Origin: a virus
Lineage: Duplodnaviria; Caudoviricetes
Virus record (IMG/VR): IMGVR_UViG_3300025769_000695
Coordinates: 1-26,623 of that record
Length of the DNA: 26,623 nt
Reading direction: 5' to 3' (one strand)
Shown here: in pieces, positions 16,203-23,663 of the stretch
How the letters are laid out: every line of letters begins with the position of its first letter
Numbering within the stretch: position 1 is the first letter of the stretch
Notes under the pieces: model-generated
What the model was told of the DNA's origin: nothing
The model's input: only the letters and a program-made list of their open reading frames with translations
Databases searched by the model: none
Made by a program: the position numbers and the translations under genes

Positions 16203-16862
16203 TTAAAAAGGCCTCTGCATTTTTTTGTTTTCCTTGTTTTTGAATTCTATGTACTTGTTAGCCCAAGTACCTGCTCTGTACTTCCAGTTGGTAATTTTAT
16301 TACCTGCATGCATCCAGTTAGTGGCTTCGTAGTAATTAACAAAATTCTCTGCTTCTAATGCTATATCATGTTCATTTATCTTACCGTTTTTAGTAAAATA
16401 ATTTTCTACCTCAACTTGCGTGGGATACACACTAGGAGCATTATTTTCATTCTTTACATTCTTTTCATTCTTAGTAGTTGTTAGTTGTGTGTTAGTTGTG
16501 TGTTGCTCGTGTGTTAGCCGTGTGTTACCTGGTGTGTTAGTTTCCTCATCATCACCCTGGTAAGTATCGTAATTGCAAACACTTATAATAGTTCCATGTG
16601 TGTTACTTAGTCTGTTGATTTCTCCGGTGCTTTGTAATTTACGTAAAACCGTTCTTAAACTTTGTTTACTAAGTTGCAATTCATACGCTAGTACATCTAG
16701 GCTAGTTATAAAAGTGCCACGCTTAACCAGTGTGCCTCTGTACTTTTTATCTTTGTGGTTAGCTTTTAAAAGGCAGTGAAGAAAAACCCTAGTGCAGTTG
16801 GGTTCATCATACCATTCCCAATCTAAAAACTGTCTATGTAATTTTATCCAACCTTTGTTCAT
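16203..16862 (-). CDS. Phage replication initiator / replisome organiser
   Basis: GWIKLHR..LDWEWY, LLKANHKD, RGTFITS, ISVCNYDTYQ; T/N-rich linker; C-terminal FVNYYE..NW......NWK. Confidence 0.8.
   Translation of the reverse strand: MNKGWIKLHRQFLDWEWYDEPNCTRVFLHCLLKANHKDKKYRGTLVKRGTFITSLDVLAYELQLSKQSLRTVLRKLQSTGEINRLSNTHGTIISVCNYDTYQGDDEETNTPGNTRLTHEQHTTNTQLTTTKNEKNVKNENNAPSVYPTQVEVENYFTKNGKINEHDIALEAENFVNYYEATNWMHAGNKITNWKYRAGTWANKYIEFKNKENKKMQRPF
16441..16540. repeat. Iteron array with adjacent AT-rich repeats: probable replication origin
   Basis: GTGTGTT at 16487, 16498, 16509, 16520 and 16532 (spacing 11,11,11,12); three tttwcattc 9-mers at 16444-16470. Confidence 0.75.
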
Positions 16863-16870
16863 AATCTATT

Positions 16871-16960
16871 AAAAAAGGGAACGCCTTTAGGTTGTACGCT
16901 AACCGGCCAGGCATTCCCCTTGTTAGGAGAGGTCACAATGTATGCGTAGCGTACACGCTT
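16871..16960 (-). ncRNA. Structured leader / small RNA ending in a terminator, upstream of the replication initiator
   Basis: GGGAATGCCT...AGGCGTTCCC followed by TTTTTT; apical loop AGCGTAC complementary to upstream GTACGCT. Confidence 0.6.
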
Positions 16961-17002
16961 AAATAGTAACCTTGCATTAAAGTTATAATAATTTTTCACA
17001 AA

Positions 17003-17401
17003 TTAAAATGGCAGCCCATCTTCTATATCGTTTAAATCAATATTTATTGGAATGGGTGTCTGCTTTTGTGGCCCTACATTGTTATGCTCGCTCGTTTTCT
17101 GTCCGCTTATTAAGTGTAAACGGTTAGCAAGTATTTTTGTTTTTACCTTGGTTTGACCATTGGCATCATATTTATCATAAGTTACACAGCCTTCTATGCA
17201 AACTTGCTCGCCTTTTTTCACATAGTTACCGGCTACCTCTGCTGTCTTGTTAAAGCATACAACGTTGTGCCAATCAGTAATTGCCTCACCGCTTGCATAT
17301 CTATTTGTAGCCAGTGAAAACCTACATACCGCCACACCACTTTTTGAGTAAATAAGTTCCGGGTCTTGGCCAACTCGGCCCATTAGTGTTACATTATTCA
17401 T
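17003..17401 (-). CDS. ssb: Single-stranded DNA-binding protein
   Basis: NNVTLMGRVGQDPE, FSLATN, TDWHNVV.F, KKG.QV.IEG; acidic tail EDGLPF. Confidence 0.93.
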   Translation of the reverse strand: MNNVTLMGRVGQDPELIYSKSGVAVCRFSLATNRYASGEAITDWHNVVCFNKTAEVAGNYVKKGEQVCIEGCVTYDKYDANGQTKVKTKILANRLHLISGQKTSEHNNVGPQKQTPIPINIDLNDIEDGLPF

Positions 17402-17814
17402 ATTATTTTTTCTTTTATTAGTTGTTCACATTCTTGTTTATAGTATCTAGCCATGGCCATTACTTCATCTTTATTCCATTTGTGCAGTAACCGCGCCATT
17501 TCTTCTAACTCCTGCGCCGTACCCGCACCGTATAAAGAATCGATTTCTATGCCATGCCTATACTGCTCACCACTGCCATAATTGTTACATGATTGGCATT
17601 GTGCGTGTGCATTTTTTTCCTCCCACCTGGTAGCAGTAAATCTACGGCTCTGAAAATGGCCACAATCCATATCGCTCCAGTGTTTAACAGTGCTGCAAGT
17701 TATACACCTGCACAACCCATTATGGTTGGCATCGCGCAAACGTATATACTTGCTAAACCATTCATCGCATGTAGCTTTAGCAGCGCTTAGGTTCTTACTT
17801 CTTATTAAGCCCAT
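17398..17814 (-). CDS. NinG/Rap-like recombination endonuclease
   Basis: FSKYIRLRD, CITC, DCGHFQSR, RWEE.NAHAQC..CN. Confidence 0.88.
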   Translation of the reverse strand: MGLIRSKNLSAAKATCDEWFSKYIRLRDANHNGLCRCITCSTVKHWSDMDCGHFQSRRFTATRWEEKNAHAQCQSCNNYGSGEQYRHGIEIDSLYGAGTAQELEEMARLLHKWNKDEVMAMARYYKQECEQLIKEKII

Positions 17815-18044
17815 AAATCCGGTTGGCTACTTCGTATTAACTTGTATTCAGCAAAACTAGTTTTATTGCCAAATCTATTAGTGGTTGTACGTTTTTCACT
17901 ACTAATATTGTACCCGGAGTCTCGCAGGTTAAATATAATAGCTGATAGCCTGGTTATGCCGTATTCCTGGAAGGCTTCCCAACTAGTAATCTTCCCAAAA
18001 TATGTTAAGTGTTTTAGTACTGTATCGTACTGCGTTTGCTTCAT
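17805..18044 (-). CDS. Winged HTH protein
   Basis: VLKHL...GKITSWEAF..YGITRLSAIIFNLR..GYNI; ATG at 18044 preferred to 18092. Confidence 0.75.
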   Translation of the reverse strand: MKQTQYDTVLKHLTYFGKITSWEAFQEYGITRLSAIIFNLRDSGYNISSEKRTTTNRFGNKTSFAEYKLIRSSQPDLWA

Positions 18045-18051
18045 AATATGT

Positions 18052-18183
18052 TTAATTTTTGTGTTTTTGTTTTTCAAACCTGCGCCAATCAATTAACGCA
18101 ATAGCTATTGCATACAAGGCCAGGAAGCCAAGTACTTGCGCAATAAAACCAACCGCATTAAGTGTGTTAGTTATTAGTTCCAT
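18052..18183 (-). CDS. Small membrane protein (43 aa; not in ORF track)
   Basis: MELITNTLNAVGFIAQVLGFLALYAIAIALIDWRRFEKQKHKN; one TM segment and a basic tail; fills the gap. Confidence 0.55.
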   Translation of the reverse strand: MELITNTLNAVGFIAQVLGFLALYAIAIALIDWRRFEKQKHKN

Positions 18184-18352
18184 TTTTGTACTCCAGTAAT
18201 TTTTTTACAGTTGTATAGGAAGGGTCTTTCACCCTTCCTTCTTTAAATGCCCTTATGCGTGGCACGTTTATTTTAACTGCATAGCTTACATCATTTATGT
18301 CTTGTTTTTGCAGCCACTTGCGCAAATCTTCTACTTCTTTATCTTTTTTCAT
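18167..18352 (-). CDS. Small Cro/XRE-like HTH protein
   Basis: 61 aa; EGRVKDPSYTTV; similar to 11620..11808. Confidence 0.65.
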   Translation of the reverse strand: MKKDKEVEDLRKWLQKQDINDVSYAVKINVPRIRAFKEGRVKDPSYTTVKKLLEYKNGTNN

Positions 18353-18361
18353 GTTGTGTTA

Positions 18362-18901
18362 TTAGTTTGTGTTGTGCAATGATTTAAAGTATTCGAAATG
18401 TTGTTTACTTACTTTGTATTTATCGCGAAGCCTAATAGGGTTACCGCCGCTGCGTACAAATGCCTCACACTTTTCCCAATCGGGCATACCTTCGTTCAAC
18501 CAGGGTTTATCATCATTGGTGTTATTTTTAGTTTTTGGCTTTGCCCTACCTACTACATCTTCGCCATCTAAATCCTCGGCCTCTATACCTATTAAACTGC
18601 CCAGTGTGAAGCGCCGATAATAAGTTATGCACGCGCCCACCTTTTGCGGGTCTTGTAATTCGGGTAATGGCAAAAACGCCTCAACGTACTCCCCGGTATC
18701 TATGTCTATGATGCGTGTACCAACTGCATTACCTTCTATGGGTTGCAGCAGTAGTAAGTCCTCTGCTATAAGCGCGGGCCTTACCGCTTCGATAAGCTGA
18801 TTTACATCAAAATACCTGCTTCCAAAAAATGGGTTGGTGCTATCCTTCCTCATCTTGTCCATTGTACTGGTTACCTTAAACAACTTTTTATGTATGTTCA
18901 T
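18362..18901 (-). CDS. ERF-family single-strand annealing protein
   Basis: KDSTNPFFGSRY, LLLQP, PQKVGACITYYRRFTL.SLIGI.AEDLDG. Confidence 0.88.
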   Translation of the reverse strand: MNIHKKLFKVTSTMDKMRKDSTNPFFGSRYFDVNQLIEAVRPALIAEDLLLLQPIEGNAVGTRIIDIDTGEYVEAFLPLPELQDPQKVGACITYYRRFTLGSLIGIEAEDLDGEDVVGRAKPKTKNNTNDDKPWLNEGMPDWEKCEAFVRSGGNPIRLRDKYKVSKQHFEYFKSLHNTN

Positions 18902-19323
18902 TTTATTATCTCCACTAAGGTTTTTGGTGCGCGTTCCATTTTAATAAACCCACTGCCGTGTTTTACCTCTACCGGGTCTATTACTTCGCCAGTATGTTGG
19001 TCCACTATGCTTACACCATCATTAGTTGCAATCTTTATTAAACGCTCTATGCGCTTGCGTTCCTCATCGGCTTCACGCCATAGGCTTACACCTTTATAGT
19101 CATAACTCTTACGGCCCGCCATGTGCGTTATTTTAAAGCCATCAACTATTAGGTCTTCACGGTCACTAATGTAAGTTATCTCACTTACCAGTTCCGCTTC
19201 TACTGCCTTAATTGCTTCATCTAATTCGCTTTTTAAGGCCCTTAATATTACGTATGCTTTGCTCGGCTTTATATCGCCTTGCATTACATTATTTACTATT
19301 TCGTATGGTTGTATGTTTGTCAT
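18898..19323 (-). CDS. Hypothetical protein in the recombination module
   Basis: 141 aa; coiled-coil, GRKSYDY, VDQHTGEVI; ATGA overlap with ERF. Confidence 0.65.
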   Translation of the reverse strand: MTNIQPYEIVNNVMQGDIKPSKAYVILRALKSELDEAIKAVEAELVSEITYISDREDLIVDGFKITHMAGRKSYDYKGVSLWREADEERKRIERLIKIATNDGVSIVDQHTGEVIDPVEVKHGSGFIKMERAPKTLVEIIK

Positions 19324-19450
19324 AATAAACTAAGTATGTTCCAGTTATTGTTATTAGTGCAAATTGTATTACTAGGTGTTTTATAGTTTCACCCTCTGCC
19401 ATAAGCATGGTAAAAAATATAATCCCACAAATGTATGCTAGTATTTTCAT
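19289..19450 (-). CDS. Small membrane protein (53 aa; not in ORF track)
   Basis: MKILAYICGIIFFTMLMAEGETIKHLVIQFALITITGTYLVYY...; A-rich leader. Confidence 0.5.
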   Translation of the reverse strand: MKILAYICGIIFFTMLMAEGETIKHLVIQFALITITGTYLVYYDKHTTIRNSK

Positions 19451-19484
19451 AATATAATTGTTTTTATTAATTTTTAAAACTTTT

Positions 19485-19700
19485 TTAAAGTAATTTTCTT
19501 ATATCGGCGCTTGCCTCTACAATAATGTCTAGGGCTGCAAAAAATGCCTGCTTTTGTCCGCGCAAGTATTGTTTGCGTTTTTGTAAATCAACTTTATCTA
19601 TCCACCCTAACGCTTCATCTGATAACTCGTTGTTAAGTTGTACCAGTTCCATATCAATTTCCATTATAAATCCTTGTATTGTATCTTCTGCTTTTTTCAT
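19485..19700 (-). CDS. Hypothetical coiled-coil protein
   Basis: Start MKKAEDT at 19700 behind a TAAACAATACAATTATG leader; the ORF-track start 19784 overlaps the upstream gene and hairpin. Confidence 0.65.
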   Translation of the reverse strand: MKKAEDTIQGFIMEIDMELVQLNNELSDEALGWIDKVDLQKRKQYLRGQKQAFFAALDIIVEASADIRKLL

Positions 19701-19717
19701 AATTGTATTGTTTAAAT

Positions 19718-19735
19718 GGGCCACCGCAGTGGCCC
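19718..19735 (-). promoter_or_regulatory. Intergenic cUNCGg tetraloop hairpin (second copy)
   Basis: GGGCCAC-TGCG-GTGGCCC. Confidence 0.7.
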
Positions 19736-19744
19736 TTGTTGTTC

Positions 19745-19942
19745 TTATTTTATTTTTAAGTAAATTGGTCGGCCTACTTGCCAAAGCTCAACCTCAACAC
19801 CCATATCAGCTAATTTTGATTGCGCCTTTCTAGCTTGAGTGTAATTAGCATACTGCATGGCGTTTACGCCAAATTTCGTTTTCTTAGCTACAAATTTATA
19901 ACCTTTAGCAATTCTAGTATTTAATGTAGTTGTTAGTGTCAT
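19745..19942 (-). CDS. Small basic hypothetical protein, first gene of the early operon
   Basis: 65 aa; conserved AAACAATACAACAATG leader. Confidence 0.65.
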   Translation of the reverse strand: MTLTTTLNTRIAKGYKFVAKKTKFGVNAMQYANYTQARKAQSKLADMGVEVELWQVGRPIYLKIK

Positions 19943-19977
19943 TGTTGTATTGTTTTGTTATTGTTTAACTTGAAATA

Positions 19978-20006
19978 AATATAGGGAAAAGAAACAATAG
20001 GAGCAA
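19978..20006 (-). promoter_or_regulatory. Early-type promoter
   Basis: TTGCTC-N17-TATATT with long upstream A/T tracts. Confidence 0.65.
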
Positions 20007-20087
20007 ATTTATTTGCAAGTTTTTTTAAAAAAAATAAAAAAAAATGTAGAAATGTGGCTCTACAGTATTAAAAACGCACAAAAAAAA

Positions 20088-20975
20088 TTAAAAAAATTCT
20101 ACTGGCGTTTCTATAACTTGCGTGATAATCTGTTGTTCAGAGTTAGATTTCTTTAACTTAAAATCAACAAACCACCCGCCAATATCGGTAGGGTTAAAGT
20201 TCTTTTCTACTGGCCAACCTGCCTTTCCTGCGCCGATACCATCAACGTAAGAACCGGACTGTATGTATTTGATTTTATCTTTGTAGATGCGGCCCTTTGG
20301 TGTAACACGCATGCGCGCCGTACTAGGGTCGTACCATTTTTGGTGGGTATGCCCGCGCACTAGTATATTTGCATCGGGATATTTCATCGCTTCTATTTGC
20401 ACATCTAGCATACCTTTGGAGCGTTTAGCACTACCACCGAAGCCGTGGTGATAATGTATCTTACAAACCTGGCTAGTTCTTTTGTTTTTCATGCGTATAA
20501 AAACCCACCCACTGTATGCACCCAGGTTTATATTAACACCGTTCTCCAGGTTAAGTGCCCAAACAATGCTGCGCAAGATGTCGTGGTTGTGAAACTTATT
20601 TATGGTCTTTTCATGATTACCATAGCTTATAAGCGCTATATTTTGCGCGTAAGGCTTTAAAAACTCAATAGTGTATTCAGCTACCAAATCAAGATAGGTA
20701 CGGCCATGTACAATAAATTGTGGGTCTATATCTTCACGTTGTAAACGTCTATCCCCATACGAACCCATCACATCTAACAAATCCCCAAAAATAAAAATGA
20801 GGCCATCAGCCTCTTTTATTTCATCGAAATGTTTTTTTAAAATGTCCCTTTTACACCCAATAGAATCTAAGTGTATATCAGAACAAAAAAGTGTAGGCAC
20901 TATGTCAGTAGAACGGCATCCATCAAACTCAAACAAATGCACATTATCGGACAACTCTTCAACGTGCTTTTTCAT
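20088..20975 (-). CDS. Calcineurin-like metallophosphoesterase
   Basis: SDIH, GDLLD, GNHE, HHG and GHTH motifs in order. Confidence 0.88.
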   Translation of the reverse strand: MKKHVEELSDNVHLFEFDGCRSTDIVPTLFCSDIHLDSIGCKRDILKKHFDEIKEADGLIFIFGDLLDVMGSYGDRRLQREDIDPQFIVHGRTYLDLVAEYTIEFLKPYAQNIALISYGNHEKTINKFHNHDILRSIVWALNLENGVNINLGAYSGWVFIRMKNKRTSQVCKIHYHHGFGGSAKRSKGMLDVQIEAMKYPDANILVRGHTHQKWYDPSTARMRVTPKGRIYKDKIKYIQSGSYVDGIGAGKAGWPVEKNFNPTDIGGWFVDFKLKKSNSEQQIITQVIETPVEFF

Positions 20976-20999
20976 AAAATTTGGTTAGTAAAGGTTTAC

Positions 21000-21030
21000 C
21001 AAAATTATTGAATTTAAACTGAAAAGCAAA
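21000..21030 (-). promoter_or_regulatory. Bacteroidota-type -33/-7 promoter
   Basis: TTTG-N19-TAATTTTG, 25 nt upstream of the phosphoesterase start. Confidence 0.6.
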
Positions 21031-21059
21031 ATTACCAACAACTTGCCCACACACTAGAA

Positions 21060-21203
21060 TTATTCTTCAGTTTTTTCGGCTTCTTCAGCTTGAGCCTTTA
21101 GGGTATTTTCATACCCTTGCTTTACATATCTGATTTCATCAAGTTGCATTTGTAAACGTGCTTCTTGAATTTTCAGTTCTTCGATTCTTTCTTCTATTGT
21201 CAT
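21060..21203 (-). CDS. Small coiled-coil protein (47 aa; not in ORF track)
   Basis: MTIEERIEELKIQEARLQMQLDEIRYVKQGYENTLKAQAEEAEKTEE. Confidence 0.7.
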   Translation of the reverse strand: MTIEERIEELKIQEARLQMQLDEIRYVKQGYENTLKAQAEEAEKTEE

Positions 21204-21229
21204 CTTGTACAATTATATTAAAGGTTGCC

Positions 21230-21260
21230 CAAATATAACTACCAAGCCAATCCTTTCAAA
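21230..21260 (-). promoter_or_regulatory. Bacteroidota-type -33/-7 promoter
   Basis: TTTG-N19-TATATTTG upstream of the 47 aa ORF. Confidence 0.5.
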
Positions 21261-21553
21261 GTCGCAGGATTCTTTTGTGCTTCAATTTGAGCCGTAATAC
21301 TTGCTTCAACATCTTCTTCGCCTACTTCAGCTTTTACCCAACCAAGAACGATTTCTTCGGTTAAGTCATCAAAAGCGATGTAACCCTCTGAAGATGGTTC
21401 AGGTTGGAAAGAGCAAGAACCGTACCGTCTGCCTGAGTAAGACAAAGCGTCATCGCCTTCTCCAACTTCAGTATGGGAGCAATCCCAATGTGCCGTTACA
21501 ACTCCTTTGTCAGAGTCGTTGGTGTATTCTAGTGTGTTAATTTTCCAGTTCAT
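21239..21553 (-). CDS. Tail fibre-associated small protein
   Basis: WKINTLE...VVTAHW, YIAFDDLTEE.VLGWV, C-terminal GLAW; a type I recall downstream of aquatic phage fibre genes. Confidence 0.6.
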   Translation of the reverse strand: MNWKINTLEYTNDSDKGVVTAHWDCSHTEVGEGDDALSYSGRRYGSCSFQPEPSSEGYIAFDDLTEEIVLGWVKAEVGEEDVEASITAQIEAQKNPATLKGLAW

Positions 21554-21782
21554 TTTGTTGGCTTTGGAAGTTAGCGATTAATTCGTCAGTCCAGTAAGCG
21601 TTGCAAACGTCTTGAACGCTTTGTGGTAAGCTAGTAATATCGTCTAATGGCGTTACTACGCTTCTGTGATGAGATTGTGAAATGACTTGTCCATCTTCTA
21701 GTACCTTCGTGGTTTTTCGAAGTTGAATTTGTCCAGATTCTATTACTTCTATTTTTGAATAGGTTTCTTGTTTTTCTAACAT
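21537..21782 (-). CDS. Tail fibre-associated small protein (possible assembly chaperone)
   Basis: KIEV...GQIQLR......EDG..IS.S.HR.V..P...VQDVCNA.WT; directly follows the fibre gene. Confidence 0.6.
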   Translation of the reverse strand: MLEKQETYSKIEVIESGQIQLRKTTKVLEDGQVISQSHHRSVVTPLDDITSLPQSVQDVCNAYWTDELIANFQSQQNELEN

Positions 21783-21800
21783 TGGTTTATTGATTTTATT

Positions 21801-23561
21801 TTAAACTACGTGAACAGTAATACTAGCATTAAGGTATCTTCCACTTCCTGCATTATGTATTGCGTTAACCCAAGAAGTGTTAGTTCTACTTCCTAATAAT
21901 TCGCCTGTTGTTGAAGAAGAACCTATATATAAATTTAGATATTCTCCACCGTTAAAGTCTGCTATTGAATGAACCGAACAATTACCTGAGGCTATATTAG
22001 TAGATGTTGTCGTAAAAGGAAATCCGCTAAACGTTATATTCCCACTAGCACCAGTTGTGTCTACATTATTAAATGTAAAATTATAGTGTACTACATTTCC
22101 AATTTTAGTATAGTTAGCAGTTGTTGTAACTGTTGTGGTTGGGTCGGTTGTCGAACCACCTAGTGTTAAATCAAAAGTACCTTCCTCGTAATCGTCTAAA
22201 GCGTTGGCAGATGTTGTACCACCTAGATAAACACTACCACCTAGATATAGGTCTTTGAACCTCCCACTAGCATATCCCAAATCAATAGCGTTATCTTGAA
22301 CTGCTCCCGCAGATGTTGCAGGAAATGCTATTCTATCACCATTGAAAAACCCAATGCCAGTATTTGTTTGACCGATTGCAAAACTACCCGATGTAACACC
22401 AATACTTCCGACTGTTGTAGTGTCTTTTCGGAAGTCTATAATATCACCGTCTGATGTAAGACGGTTAAGTCGCATAGTAACGTTCCCATCTACTGTATGA
22501 TAAGCAGTACCATCATCGAACAATGAAGTACCTACTGTTGCTAATGCAGTAGTAGTCTTACCCACCAATACGTTACCGCTTGAGTCGATGCGCATTGCTT
22601 CTGCGTTGTTAGTACCAAATACCATAGGTGTATTGGTAGTTGAATATAGATAACCTACATCGCCACCAGTAACACCCATAGCAAGATTGGCTTGACCGCC
22701 AGACCGTCTAGCAACAAATTCACCACCGTTTGAATTGCCAACATCAACAGCAACATTATCTCCTGAAAGAAGGGCTGAAGGACTAACCCCAATCCCCACG
22801 TTACCTGAACTATCTATACGAAGGCGCTCTATGTCATTAGTTGAAAGAGCAATTGTATTCGGATTTACGGCAGCAATCCTAGCAGCTTGCGTTCCATTAT
22901 ATTGTAATTCAAGAACACCACCTTGAACAGAATCCCCAATAGCTAAAGTTGTAAAGTTAGTATAATTAGTTGGCGAAGTCGTACCAATCCCCACGTTTTG
23001 TGAATCATCAATAAATATCCCATTGCCTGCCGTAAAACCACCACTTGTAAGTATTAGTCCATTATTTGTTCCATCATATCCAATAGTAGCTTTTGCAGTT
23101 CCACCTTCTTGGAATCTTATGGTTGTGTTAGCATTGGCAGTTGTAGTATTTATATCTACCAATACGTTACTACTATCTTCAATGTCTAAATTTACTGATG
23201 GCGAAGTAGTACCAATCCCTAAGTTGCCCGAACTATCGAGAGTCATTTTATCTGCACTATTAGTTCGAAATGTTATTGACTCCGAAGTATTAACAGAAAG
23301 CCTTACACCCGAGCCATCTGTATAATCTAAAAAAGCATTAGCAGTATCATCTGACAATCTGATAGCTGAACCTGCACTTCCACTAATATTTAGTGTAGTT
23401 CTTGAACCAACTGCTGAAGGCGAATTAGTACCAATCCCAACCGAAGTAAGTAATGTACCATCACCATTCTGAAGTCCACCAGTAGTTGGTGAACCTGCCG
23501 AAGTTCCAGTAGTTACTAGGTTACCGTATGTGTCTTTGAGTTGAGTTCCCGATAGATTCAT
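21801..23561 (-). CDS. Tail fibre / receptor-binding protein with RIDSSGNVGIG repeats
   Basis: 586 aa, G/T/S/N-rich; repeated (RIDSS)GNVGIGTTSP; C-terminal ANALDDYEEGTF...YTKIGNVV domain. Confidence 0.8.
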   Translation of the reverse strand: MNLSGTQLKDTYGNLVTTGTSAGSPTTGGLQNGDGTLLTSVGIGTNSPSAVGSRTTLNISGSAGSAIRLSDDTANAFLDYTDGSGVRLSVNTSESITFRTNSADKMTLDSSGNLGIGTTSPSVNLDIEDSSNVLVDINTTTANANTTIRFQEGGTAKATIGYDGTNNGLILTSGGFTAGNGIFIDDSQNVGIGTTSPTNYTNFTTLAIGDSVQGGVLELQYNGTQAARIAAVNPNTIALSTNDIERLRIDSSGNVGIGVSPSALLSGDNVAVDVGNSNGGEFVARRSGGQANLAMGVTGGDVGYLYSTTNTPMVFGTNNAEAMRIDSSGNVLVGKTTTALATVGTSLFDDGTAYHTVDGNVTMRLNRLTSDGDIIDFRKDTTTVGSIGVTSGSFAIGQTNTGIGFFNGDRIAFPATSAGAVQDNAIDLGYASGRFKDLYLGGSVYLGGTTSANALDDYEEGTFDLTLGGSTTDPTTTVTTTANYTKIGNVVHYNFTFNNVDTTGASGNITFSGFPFTTTSTNIASGNCSVHSIADFNGGEYLNLYIGSSSTTGELLGSRTNTSWVNAIHNAGSGRYLNASITVHVV

Positions 23562-23564
23562 AAT

Positions 23565-23663
23565 TTAGTGCTTGTCAAAATACATTGTTGATTGATTCCA
23601 AATTTGATTGGAGCGTGATAAGACACCCCATCTGATATGTGATATATAGGTTAATAATCTCAA
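23565..23663 (-). CDS. Possible 32 aa peptide (TTG start; not in ORF track)
   Basis: MRLLTYISHIRWGVLSRSNQIWNQSTMYFDKH; TTGA overlap with the upstream stop; ends 3 nt before the fibre ATG. Confidence 0.45.
   Translation of the reverse strand: MRLLTYISHIRWGVLSRSNQIWNQSTMYFDKH

Noticed and set aside
21040-21232. TTGCCCA motif at about 21043 and 21225, also present at the capsid repeat
   Set aside because: Only 7 bp, with inconsistent orientation and context; compatible with chance.
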